From contig JAHDGU010000001.1 of assembly GCA_020627535.1 (NCBI GenBank), positions 164,670 through 228,669 of the forward strand: a stretch of DNA of 64,000 nucleotides, given 5' to 3'. The notes under the pieces are model-generated. The model had not been told where the DNA came from, did no database searches, and worked only from the letters and a program-made list of their open reading frames with translations. Made by a program: the position numbers and the translations under genes. This stretch comes from Saprospiraceae bacterium. GTDB taxonomy: Bacteria > Bacteroidota > Bacteroidia > Chitinophagales > Saprospiraceae. Below are positions 55,441 to 64,000 of the stretch, in pieces (position 1 is the first letter of the stretch; every line of letters begins with the position of its first letter).

Positions 55441-56736
55441 ATGAGTGCTTTGCAGCGCGAGTATCAAGAGACCATTGATTACCTTTTTAACACGATTCCT
55501 GCTTTTTTCAGAGCTGGAAAGACTGCCGTCAAAAAGGATCTCAGGAATATCAGACTCCTTTGTGATCGTCTAGGCGACCCACAGTCAGATCTTAAGTGCA
55601 TTCATATTGCTGGTACCAATGGAAAGGGCTCCGTGAGCCATATTCTAGCTAGTCTTTATCAAGCCTCAGGGCTCAAAGTAGGGCTCTACACCTCACCGCA
55701 TTATGTAGACTTCAGGGAGCGCATCAAGATCAATGGTGAGTGCTGTGATCAGCAATTTGTGATCGATTTTGTGTCTGCACATCGTGATCTTTTTGAGGAA
55801 ATCATTCCGTCATTTTTTGAAGTGACCGTGGCCATGGCCTTTCAGTATTTTAAAGAGCAATCAGTAGATCTTGCGATCATCGAAACAGGGCTAGGTGGAC
55901 GACTAGATAGCACCAATATCATTGAGAGTCAACAACAGATCATTACCACCATCGGCTTCGATCATATGGATTTTCTAGGAAACACGCTAGAGGAGATCGC
56001 TGGTGAAAAGGCGGGCATCATCAAGACAGGTGGATCAGTGGTCATAGGGGAAACTATCGTGGATAGTGCTCGAGAAGTCATTTTGGCGAAAGCCTCTGAG
56101 AAGAGAGCCGTGGTGGAAGCCACAGAGAGTGTGGTAGATGTGACGCTGAGTGATGCGGGGGAAATCCAGATCTCGACAGGAGGAGTAAGCTGCACTTGCC
56201 CATGTGACCTCTCAGCGAGCTACCAAGCTGATAATTTGAAGACAGCATTGGCAGCCTACATGATAGCCAATGAACCTTGGGAGGAGTCTGTCCTGGTGAG
56301 TATCTTGAGGCGTGGTCTGGCTGACATATCTCGTCGCACAGGCATGATCGGACGCTGGCAGCAGATACAAGATTCTCCTGTGGTGATTGTCGATGGCGCT
56401 CACAACGAACAGGCTTTTGAGCATCTAGTCAAGGAGATCGAGCGCAGAGGCCCCGACCACTGTATCGTCCTCCTCGGCTTCAGTGCCGACAAGGATGTGC
56501 AAGCACTGATTGATATGCTGCCAGCCGTCAAGCGTAAATTATTCACCTCAGCAGCAATGAGTCGTGCCATGAGCAAGGAACAATTTCAGGAGATTTCTGG
56601 CTCAGGAGACTTTGAGATGATAGAGAATTCTTCTCTTGCCTTATCTCAGGCAATTGCTTTAGCCGATGAGGATGATGTTGTTATCTGTAGTGGCAGCATT
56701 TATCTCGTGGGAGAGCTGCTGGCTAGTAGAGTATGA
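55441..56736 (+). CDS. folC: Bifunctional folylpolyglutamate synthase / dihydrofolate synthase
   Basis: The P-loop is IHIAGTNGKGSV. The Mur-ligase middle and C-terminal domains are present. Confidence 0.9.
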   Translation: MSALQREYQETIDYLFNTIPAFFRAGKTAVKKDLRNIRLLCDRLGDPQSDLKCIHIAGTNGKGSVSHILASLYQASGLKVGLYTSPHYVDFRERIKINGECCDQQFVIDFVSAHRDLFEEIIPSFFEVTVAMAFQYFKEQSVDLAIIETGLGGRLDSTNIIESQQQIITTIGFDHMDFLGNTLEEIAGEKAGIIKTGGSVVIGETIVDSAREVILAKASEKRAVVEATESVVDVTLSDAGEIQISTGGVSCTCPCDLSASYQADNLKTALAAYMIANEPWEESVLVSILRRGLADISRRTGMIGRWQQIQDSPVVIVDGAHNEQAFEHLVKEIERRGPDHCIVLLGFSADKDVQALIDMLPAVKRKLFTSAAMSRAMSKEQFQEISGSGDFEMIENSSLALSQAIALADEDDVVICSGSIYLVGELLASRV

Positions 56737-59458
56737 GCGGAAACTGCTGTCGCGTTTCGCCGTCCAGTAATTCAAGAATGTAGTATCCCGAAGGCAAATG
56801 CGCAAGATCTTTCGTAGTCCTGAACATTCTACCTATCTCTGACATCTCTGTCCATCTTTCAAGGCTTCTTCCTTGAAGATCCCAGATTGTCAGTTGCACC
56901 AACTCACTCTTGGCATCAGGATACCGAATTTGAATATACCCTTGTGTTGGATTTGGAAAGGCCGTTAGTCGTTCAAAATTGGGAAATTCCTCTGTATAGA
57001 CTACGTTACTGACCAGGTGCATTCGATCCTCAGCGATACCCTTGATGAAGTAGAAGCTCTCTCCAAAAAGTGGCTTATTGTCTCTGGCGGTTCCTTCGCT
57101 ACCAGAGAATCCATCCAGCGCATCATAGAATTTGAAAGGCTCATCTTTAGGTGCTCTCCAGAGCTCAACCTGAGTGATTCCTACACTAGATCCGATGAGC
57201 TCAAATGGCAGATCAATGTAGGTGTTCTTAACGTCAGCGCTCAGAACGAGACTTCGATCTTCATCGAGCAAGCAATTTGGGTAAATCTCCACTTCATCTA
57301 TGGTAGACAGACCTTGTGGATCTGTCACAGTCAATCTGATGCGATACCAAAATGTCTCGAGATTACAAGGCGTAGGTAAAAGGTCGGCCACTGGTGACGT
57401 CGCTCGGATGACCGGTTCCTCATGAAAGTGAGTATTGTGATGAAAAAAGACTTGCCACTCGTATGTCAGTTCGTCTTCGAGGCTTTGAGCATCTGATACC
57501 TCTGCTCTCAGCTTGTAGAAATGGTCATCATCCTGGTCATAGATGTCTCCGTCGAGAGGAGCGGTAATCCTGACTTGTGGAGGCGAGTTGTCAAGGTGGA
57601 TAGTCGCTGTTGCCGTATCTGAGCGATCAGCACTGTCAGTGACGACCAACTGCACATCTTGTGTCGATGGGCCGTTTGCTGCACTAGTGAAGGTCCTCTG
57701 GAGCGATACCTCGGTCGATCCGCTTCCATCTGGAAGTAGCCACTCATAAGTCAATGGGAGATCTAGAGGATGAGAGCTGCCACTAGCATCAAGATCGATG
57801 GTCAGTGGGCTTTCGCCAAAATGAGTTGAGAGCTTGATCTCTGCTCTTGGAGGCTGATCTGTGCCAAAAGAGATGCGCACGATCGTGTCTTGATAAACCC
57901 TTGTATAGTAAATGTCTTCGGTGATGGGATTGATATTGACCGTGACGACATCTGGCGTAGAAGTGGCGAAGCTGTCAATCTTTGTCACGCGGAATATCTC
58001 ATCCTCTTCTTCAATCACGACTGAGTGGATAAAGCCGTAGAAGTCCGAGAAGATCACGCGCCCTTGATACTCCTCTGGGAGCTTGCTGCCCTGATAGACG
58101 AAGCTAGGGATGCAAGAGAAGCCTGCCATGGTAAAGCCATCAATGATCGCCTCTTCATCCTCGAGATTATAACTGATATCATTGCCATTATCATCGAAAG
58201 AGCCTGCAATGGTTCTCGGCGGATTATTCCAGTTGATATTGGCATAGTTGAACTGAGGTCTAGTATGGATGTGCTTGTACTCCTCTGATATCTCGATTTC
58301 TGGATTGCATTGGTTGGGGAATGCTCTAGGCGAAAAGAGCTTGGGTTGGCGGACGAGTTCATCATAGCTATGAAGGCGCTGTGTACAGGAGGCTCCGTCA
58401 TAGAGTGGGTTGGGCGCAAGGTAATTGGTCGTATCTAGCGAACGGAATGTCCAGCTGAATCCTTGGCCTTCATATTTGGGCCAGCCGAGATTTTCTCCCG
58501 GGCCATGGATGATATTGAATTCTTCATACTGCCAGCTTCCTACATCTCCCATGATGAGAGTACCAGGGCGACCGGCATCGGGATTTGTAGATCCAGTGTT
58601 CGGGATCTTGATGAACTTAAAGGGATTGCGCATGCCCATCGCATACACCTTTGATCTCCATGAGTCTGGCTTTTCTGCGTCATACCAGGGATTGCTAGGA
58701 ATACCCAAGCCAGTTTCTGGATCAAAGCGTAGGATCTTTCCGCTGGGCGAGTCAATATTTTGAGCGCGCCAAGCACCGACATTGAGCTCAGGTTTGAGGA
58801 TGCCATCATCGATTGCCTGCGCATACCAAGTCTCTGGTGAAGAGCCCACATCGCCTGACTGGAAGCTGGCAGCATCTCCTACAGAGAGAAGGAGAGTGCC
58901 ATCAGTCCCAAATACTAGGCTACCCATGCCATGGGATATCATCAGGATGGGGATTTGATCTGTGATCTCTTTACCGAGGATGATTTTGCGACTATTGGGG
59001 ACAAGTGTGCTGAAGTTGGTGGTAGGATCGAGTGTGTATCGTGTGACTCTGCCGATCGTAGCTTCACTGTTTTGATTCACTTCTGGGTCATATTCAGCCG
59101 TACCGAAGTAGAGCAAGTGGTGGCGATCAACGACATAGGCTAGATAGATATCTCCACTTGTCTCAAAGTCTGGAGCAAGGGCCAAACTTGTAAGACCGTG
59201 ATCAGCATAGGCAGCGACCTCTTCCGATATATCCAGGACCGGCTCGGATGTGATCTTTCCATTGAGAGTCATGATGTAGACCTTTCCATCTTTGGAAAAG
59301 ACATAGCCTTGACCATTATGGTCAAATTCGATTCCCAGAGGATTGGAAACCTCATGTTCTATTACCTCATGAAAAAAGCCTTCCGGCAACTCTGGACTTT
59401 GTGACCAAAGACCCCAAGATGAAATGAATAGCGTAGCAATCAGCACATATCGAGACAT
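56723..59458 (-). CDS. Secreted PQQ-dependent sugar-dehydrogenase-like (GSDH beta-propeller) protein with PKD-like domains and a T9SS C-terminal sorting domain
   Basis: The signal peptide is MSRYVLIATLFISSWGLWSQS. The N-terminal GSDH-like region reads LGIEFDHNGQGYVFSKDGKVYIM...GLTSLALAPDF. Two PKD/Ig-like segments sit in the middle. The C-terminus FPNPTQGYIQIRY...SGYYILELLDG...FPLILY has the Por tail pattern. Confidence 0.65.
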   Translation of the reverse strand: MSRYVLIATLFISSWGLWSQSPELPEGFFHEVIEHEVSNPLGIEFDHNGQGYVFSKDGKVYIMTLNGKITSEPVLDISEEVAAYADHGLTSLALAPDFETSGDIYLAYVVDRHHLLYFGTAEYDPEVNQNSEATIGRVTRYTLDPTTNFSTLVPNSRKIILGKEITDQIPILMISHGMGSLVFGTDGTLLLSVGDAASFQSGDVGSSPETWYAQAIDDGILKPELNVGAWRAQNIDSPSGKILRFDPETGLGIPSNPWYDAEKPDSWRSKVYAMGMRNPFKFIKIPNTGSTNPDAGRPGTLIMGDVGSWQYEEFNIIHGPGENLGWPKYEGQGFSWTFRSLDTTNYLAPNPLYDGASCTQRLHSYDELVRQPKLFSPRAFPNQCNPEIEISEEYKHIHTRPQFNYANINWNNPPRTIAGSFDDNGNDISYNLEDEEAIIDGFTMAGFSCIPSFVYQGSKLPEEYQGRVIFSDFYGFIHSVVIEEEDEIFRVTKIDSFATSTPDVVTVNINPITEDIYYTRVYQDTIVRISFGTDQPPRAEIKLSTHFGESPLTIDLDASGSSHPLDLPLTYEWLLPDGSGSTEVSLQRTFTSAANGPSTQDVQLVVTDSADRSDTATATIHLDNSPPQVRITAPLDGDIYDQDDDHFYKLRAEVSDAQSLEDELTYEWQVFFHHNTHFHEEPVIRATSPVADLLPTPCNLETFWYRIRLTVTDPQGLSTIDEVEIYPNCLLDEDRSLVLSADVKNTYIDLPFELIGSSVGITQVELWRAPKDEPFKFYDALDGFSGSEGTARDNKPLFGESFYFIKGIAEDRMHLVSNVVYTEEFPNFERLTAFPNPTQGYIQIRYPDAKSELVQLTIWDLQGRSLERWTEMSEIGRMFRTTKDLAHLPSGYYILELLDGETRQQFPLILY

Positions 59459-59468
59459 GGACTCAAAG

Positions 59469-60410
59469 CTAAGGAGTATCCACATCTTGAGCTACTTCTT
59501 CTGCTTCCATCAGGCGATAAGTGTCTTGGTTGACAATGATGCTGGTATTGAGCTCAAAGCCGATCAGGAGTATCAAGGAATTGAGCTGAAACCACACCAT
59601 GATCAAGACCAGAGATCCGATCGACCCGTAGATCTTATTCCATGCCCCAAATTGATTGGCTATGTAGCTCAGAATCAAAGTGCACAGTATCGACAGTATT
59701 GTGGCGAGTATCGTCCCTGGACTGAAGAAACTCACCTTGCGACGGAAAGATGGCCCCAATTTATAGATGACACTGATGATGCTGTAGAAGAGAAAGAGAA
59801 TGGCCATCCACTTGACCACTGTCAGCATATTCACAGCAAATCGAGAAAGATTGAGCAAGTCAAGGGCAGCCAGTGTCAGTCGATTGCCAAGGAGAATAAG
59901 TATGACGCTGGTTGCACCTAGCAAGAAAAGAAAGAAGGTCAAGAGTATAGCAATACCGCGCTTCTTAAGACCTGATCGACGCTTGAATGAGATCTTGTAC
60001 TCCTTGTTGAAGCCTCGCATCATATTGATCATTCCATTGCTGCTGAAAAATAGTGCCGCCAAAAAACCTATGCTCAGGAGACCACCTCTTTTGATATTAT
60101 TGAGTTCACTGACGAGGTCAGTAATGAATATTTCAAACTCATCAGGGAAAAACTCTAGAAGCTTAAATTCCAAAAAGCTCTCGGCGCTACTATACGGGAT
60201 ATACGTAATCAGAGTGATCCCCACGATGATCAGCGGAAACAGAGAAATGAAAAAACTGAAAGCCATCGAGTTAGCCCTCATCATGACATTGTCCTTTTTG
60301 ATCTCTTGCCAGATGAAGCTCATGACCTCGTAGATGCTTAAGCCTTTGAAGCCAGCAAAACTCCTTGACTTACTCCATTGGATGAGGGCGGATCTGAGAC
60401 TGGATATCAT
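59469..60410 (-). CDS. YihY / virulence factor BrkB family membrane protein
   Basis: Six transmembrane segments and the YihY-like N-terminus (...WQEIKKDNVMMRANSMAFSFFISLFP...) are present. Confidence 0.8.
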   Translation of the reverse strand: MISSLRSALIQWSKSRSFAGFKGLSIYEVMSFIWQEIKKDNVMMRANSMAFSFFISLFPLIIVGITLITYIPYSSAESFLEFKLLEFFPDEFEIFITDLVSELNNIKRGGLLSIGFLAALFFSSNGMINMMRGFNKEYKISFKRRSGLKKRGIAILLTFFLFLLGATSVILILLGNRLTLAALDLLNLSRFAVNMLTVVKWMAILFLFYSIISVIYKLGPSFRRKVSFFSPGTILATILSILCTLILSYIANQFGAWNKIYGSIGSLVLIMVWFQLNSLILLIGFELNTSIIVNQDTYRLMEAEEVAQDVDTP

Positions 60411-60413
60411 GGT

Positions 60414-60839
60414 CTAAGGCGTGAAGTGCCTTCCGATTTTATCGATCACAGCTTGAGGAAGAGTGGTTTTTTTGCGCGAAAGCGCTTCGACATAGCATAG
60501 CCTGACCTTGGCTACACTCAGGAGTTTGTCTGCTTCATTTGTGATTTCAGATCTTACTGAGACCTTCTCATGATCAAATTGTCTGAAGCTAGTCTCGATG
60601 GTCAGTAACTCGTCATATTTGGCTGGGCGGAGATATCGACACTCAAAGTTGAGTACTGGCATGAGGATATCATACTCTTCCTCAAGCTGCCGATAGGAGA
60701 GTCCTACTTCGCGTAATGCCTCTACACGCGCTACTTCGCAGTAGCTGGCATAGTTGCCGTAGTAGACATAGCCCATCTTGTCGGTCTCTGAGTAGCGGAC
60801 CCTGATCTGGGTCTTGAAGCTATTTCGTATTGCTGTCAC
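60414..60839 (-). CDS. Acyl-CoA thioesterase, hot-dog fold (YbgC/4HBT family)
   Basis: The motif VRYSETDKMGYVYYGNYASYCEVARVEALR is present. Confidence 0.85.
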   Translation of the reverse strand: MTAIRNSFKTQIRVRYSETDKMGYVYYGNYASYCEVARVEALREVGLSYRQLEEEYDILMPVLNFECRYLRPAKYDELLTIETSFRQFDHEKVSVRSEITNEADKLLSVAKVRLCYVEALSRKKTTLPQAVIDKIGRHFTP

Positions 60840-60930
60840 AATGCTCTATCTTGGGTACAAAGATCAGTACCTTCTGGAACCACCAAGGATGTTTTGATGT
60901 AAGATTAATTTTGTAGTCGAATCTACACAG

Positions 60931-61620
60931 ATGTCAGGCATACTCAATAAGATGAAAGGTCTCTTTGTCACAGAGACCGGGGGAACCACTTCAAAAAGCA
61001 AATCGACCAAGGACGAAGCTAAGCCTGAAGAGGAAGTTGAACAAGTATCTCCACAGTCACGCCCATCAGAGGTCACACTAGAGATTGCCGATGTAGAAGG
61101 GCAAGTTGATGACAAGTTTCTTGAAATCTTGCTCAATGCGATGAATGAGGCCAATACCCCGGGTTTTGACTACCTCGAGTATAAGAGATCTCTTGTGAGC
61201 TTGCGCGAAATGAACATGGATGAGCCCACTCGCTATAAGGCGGCCTATGCAACAGCAGAAGCGATGGGGGCCAACCCCGCAGCACTACAAAACAGTGCAA
61301 AGTACTATCTCGATATACTCGGCAAAGAAGATGCGAAGTTTCTGGACGCACTCAAGGCTCAGTCGGTAAAGCGGCTATCTGGTGCTCAGGAGGCCATACA
61401 AGATCTTGAATCTGGAATTCAAGATAAGATCTCTCAGATCGAAAGACTCTCTCAGGAGATCGAAGAGGCAAAATCTGAGCTTTCGCTCAAAAAACAAGAG
61501 CTAGAAGCCAGTCAAGAAAAGCTTGGAAGAACCAAAGCAAACTTTGAAGCCTCCTACTCAAATCTCAGAGATCAGATTGCAAGTGATCTCCAAAACATAT
61601 CAAAATACCTCGCCGGCTAA
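60931..61620 (+). CDS. Hypothetical coiled-coil protein
   Basis: A basic and acidic N-terminal tail is followed by a long heptad-rich C-terminal half. No assignable domain. Confidence 0.4.
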   Translation: MSGILNKMKGLFVTETGGTTSKSKSTKDEAKPEEEVEQVSPQSRPSEVTLEIADVEGQVDDKFLEILLNAMNEANTPGFDYLEYKRSLVSLREMNMDEPTRYKAAYATAEAMGANPAALQNSAKYYLDILGKEDAKFLDALKAQSVKRLSGAQEAIQDLESGIQDKISQIERLSQEIEEAKSELSLKKQELEASQEKLGRTKANFEASYSNLRDQIASDLQNISKYLAG

Positions 61621-61625
61621 GGAAT

Positions 61626-62648
61626 ATGGCAGAACAAAAACCTAAGACATTTTGGCGAAAGCCTGAAGGAAAACTGGGAGCTATAGTCCTCGCAGGTCTG
61701 ATCATCGGCGCAGGTGCGATTATCACAGCAAGCCTATCGGCCATAGCTAGTTTCGTAGCGACTACGCTGGGACTAGCGCTAAGTCTGCTTGCTCTCGGTG
61801 TGATCATTTTTGTAGCACTTGATAGCAAGGCACGCAGCCTCATCAGCTATATGTACAAGAGTGTGATGCGATGGATTACTGGACTATTTATCGAGATGGA
61901 TCCTATCGCAATTCTCAGAGGCTATGTCTCTGACCTCAAGGCCAATCTGCGAAAGATGAATCGCCAGGTGACGCAGCTCCGCGGCCAGATGCACAAGCTC
62001 AAAGAGCTGATACTCAACAATCAGAAGCAAATCCAATCCAATCTAGAGCTCGCTTCACAAGCAAAGGACACCAACCAACAGAAGGTCATGATCCTCAAGT
62101 CTAGAAAGGCAGGACGACTCAAAGAGTCGAACATGCGCCTTGAAGATCTCTACAAGAGGATGGAGGTGCTCTACAGAGTGCTCTTCAAAATGTATGAGAA
62201 CTCGGAGATCATGATGGAGGACATCAAGGATCAAGTTGAGGTCAAAGAGCAAGAGCGAAAGGCCATCAGAGCATCACATGGCGCTATGAAGTCAGCGATG
62301 AATATCATCAACGGCAATCAAGACAAGCGCTACATGTTTGATATGGCTCTCGAGGCTATCGCCGATGATGTCAGTCAGAAAGTGGGGGAGATGGAGCGCT
62401 TCATGGATATGAGTGAGGGCTTCATGAATAGCATTGATTTGCAGAATGGTGTCTTTGAAGAAGAAGGCCTGAAGATGCTCGAGAAATGGGAAAAAGAGGG
62501 GACGTCACTCCTGCTCGGAGAAAGCAAAGAGACTCTCTTGCTACAAGCCAATGACGACAGCGACGTCCTTGATCTTGACTCACCTATCGCCAAGCCTGAG
62601 CCCGTCAAAGCACGCGGTGGCAACCAGTACGACACATTTTTTGAATAA
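61626..62648 (+). CDS. Membrane-anchored coiled-coil protein, possibly PspA/IM30-like
   Basis: Two N-terminal transmembrane helices are followed by MDPIAILRGYVSDLKANLRKMNRQVTQLRGQ..., which weakly recalls the PspA helix 1 (EDP...). Tentative. Confidence 0.35.
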   Translation: MAEQKPKTFWRKPEGKLGAIVLAGLIIGAGAIITASLSAIASFVATTLGLALSLLALGVIIFVALDSKARSLISYMYKSVMRWITGLFIEMDPIAILRGYVSDLKANLRKMNRQVTQLRGQMHKLKELILNNQKQIQSNLELASQAKDTNQQKVMILKSRKAGRLKESNMRLEDLYKRMEVLYRVLFKMYENSEIMMEDIKDQVEVKEQERKAIRASHGAMKSAMNIINGNQDKRYMFDMALEAIADDVSQKVGEMERFMDMSEGFMNSIDLQNGVFEEEGLKMLEKWEKEGTSLLLGESKETLLLQANDDSDVLDLDSPIAKPEPVKARGGNQYDTFFE

Positions 62649-62667
62649 GCAAGCATAGCATAAACAA

Positions 62668-64000
62668 ATGGCACGTAGACTCACGACATTCTCCAAACTC
62701 TTGATCACACTTTTGATCTTGGCGCTGATCTTCTTCGGTGGTAGATTTCTCTTGCAGAAGACAGGGCTAGGAGATAGCATCCTCAAAGGCGAACAAACAG
62801 AACAGAGTTCTGGCACATCAAACTCACAAAATGGGAGTAGTTCCGCGACGGGAACCCAAGATAAGAAGGGTGGCGGACTATTCGGAAAGTCGGACAAGGA
62901 AAGTAGCAGCCAGGCTGATGGCAATGCGGTAGGAAGTGACGATACAGACGCTATTGATGTGCATGTTGTAACATGGGGCGGGTTTGCTCCGGGTATCTAC
63001 TTCAATGAAGGTCTCAAGCACAGCGAGTATTCACGCTATTGGAAAGAATATGGTCTCAAGGTCAATTTCGTCTTGATGGATGACATGGTCTCCTCTTGGC
63101 AGGCTTGGAAAGGAGATCAACTCGATATGAGGGCCAATACATTTGATGGGATGCTCCTCGAGTATGAAGGTATGACCAAGGATGAGCCAGTGGTGGTGCT
63201 ACAAACTGACTGGTCACGTGGTGGAGATGTCTTGATAGGGCAACGGGGTATCAATAGTATCAATGATCTGAAAGGTAAGAGAGTGGTACTCACACCGATG
63301 ACGCCTTCTCAGACTTTTTTGATGATGGCGCTAGATGCGGCAGGGATGAGCTTGGATGATATCACAATCATCGAATCTGTAGATAATCCCACAGCAGCGA
63401 CTATCTTCAAAGCCGGAGAGGCGGATGCAGCTGTCGTATGGAGTCCTACACACTTTGAGATCATGGAGACAATGCCTGGTTCCCAAGTGATCCAGTCGAC
63501 CAATGATGCGGCCTACGCCTTGGCGGGTATTCTCTACGCGAAGAAAGACTACGTCGACGCCAATCAGGACAAGGTGCAGAAGTTCTATGAAGGCTGGATG
63601 AAAGCGTCAGCCGAACTCCGCAATGAAGCTAACAAAGAAAAAGCCGCGAAGATCCTAGGTGAGGCCTTTAACCTACCCGTCGAGGCGACAATGGGGATGA
63701 TGTTTGACGCCTACCATGCGACACATGGTGACAATAAGAGCTTCTTTGGCCTGCGCAATGATGGAGCCTTCAGTGGACAAGCACTCTATGACAATGTCAA
63801 TCGACTTTTCACCAAGCAAGGGATCATCAATGAGGCTCTTCCGTCCTACAGAAGTATATTGGCGAGCAGCTCAGTGAGTCGGACCTCGCTCACTGGTGCC
63901 TCTCATGATGGAGAGAAGTCGAAGAAGTTTACAGCGGCCACTACAGAGCAAAAGAAGGCCAAGGCCATGAGTACGAAGCCAGTCTCCATCAATTTCGCGA
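62668..64000 (+). CDS. ABC-transporter substrate-binding protein, NitT/TauT (NMT1-like) family. 3' partial: it runs off the window end.
   Basis: I translated this myself. It starts MARRLTTFSKLLITLLILALIFFGG (signal anchor), then a low-complexity linker and the periplasmic binding fold (...VHVVTWGGFAPGIY...RVVLTPMTPSQTFLMMAL...). There is no stop within the window, so it is absent from the ORF track. Confidence 0.65.
   Translation, partial: MARRLTTFSKLLITLLILALIFFGGRFLLQKTGLGDSILKGEQTEQSSGTSNSQNGSSSATGTQDKKGGGLFGKSDKESSSQADGNAVGSDDTDAIDVHVVTWGGFAPGIYFNEGLKHSEYSRYWKEYGLKVNFVLMDDMVSSWQAWKGDQLDMRANTFDGMLLEYEGMTKDEPVVVLQTDWSRGGDVLIGQRGINSINDLKGKRVVLTPMTPSQTFLMMALDAAGMSLDDITIIESVDNPTAATIFKAGEADAAVVWSPTHFEIMETMPGSQVIQSTNDAAYALAGILYAKKDYVDANQDKVQKFYEGWMKASAELRNEANKEKAAKILGEAFNLPVEATMGMMFDAYHATHGDNKSFFGLRNDGAFSGQALYDNVNRLFTKQGIINEALPSYRSILASSSVSRTSLTGASHDGEKSKKFTAATTEQKKAKAMSTKPVSINFA

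Overview
This window looks like a Bacteroidetes chromosome segment of about 47-48% GC (a phylum inference from gene content, nothing searched). The right two-thirds (about 22.5-64 kb) is mostly conserved housekeeping: tyrS, coaE, menA, trxA, groES-groEL, secG, a sigma-54 activator next to miaB, exbB-exbD-tonB, folC and ornithine aminotransferase. At least four secreted enzymes end in a type IX secretion (T9SS) C-terminal sorting domain. The left third (1-22.5 kb) is an accessory-looking island of cell-surface and secreted proteins: a giant beta-helix protein, an M36 metalloprotease, a TolB-like propeller, a GH9 glycosidase and a tail-fiber-like protein with an S74 intramolecular-chaperone domain. 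It is bracketed by two paralogous NarL/LuxR-type two-component modules plus an orphan LuxR regulator. The most unusual signals sit in its intergenic DNA: (i) a family of heptanucleotide-periodic repeat arrays (CTATCAA / CCAACAA / YACGGTY units) at four loci, (ii) two perfect 17-bp inverted copies of that element flanking a 314-bp segment upstream of a trans-sulfuration gene (a candidate invertible switch or MITE), (iii) two direct copies flanking the tail-fiber-like gene, and (iv) a CTACAT-N4-ATGTAG palindrome recurring three times next to the LuxR-family regulator genes. Two large genes run off the window edges and are missing from the ORF track. A short AT-rich islet (about 26.1-27.85 kb) carries hypothetical genes and a homopolymer-associated frameshift.
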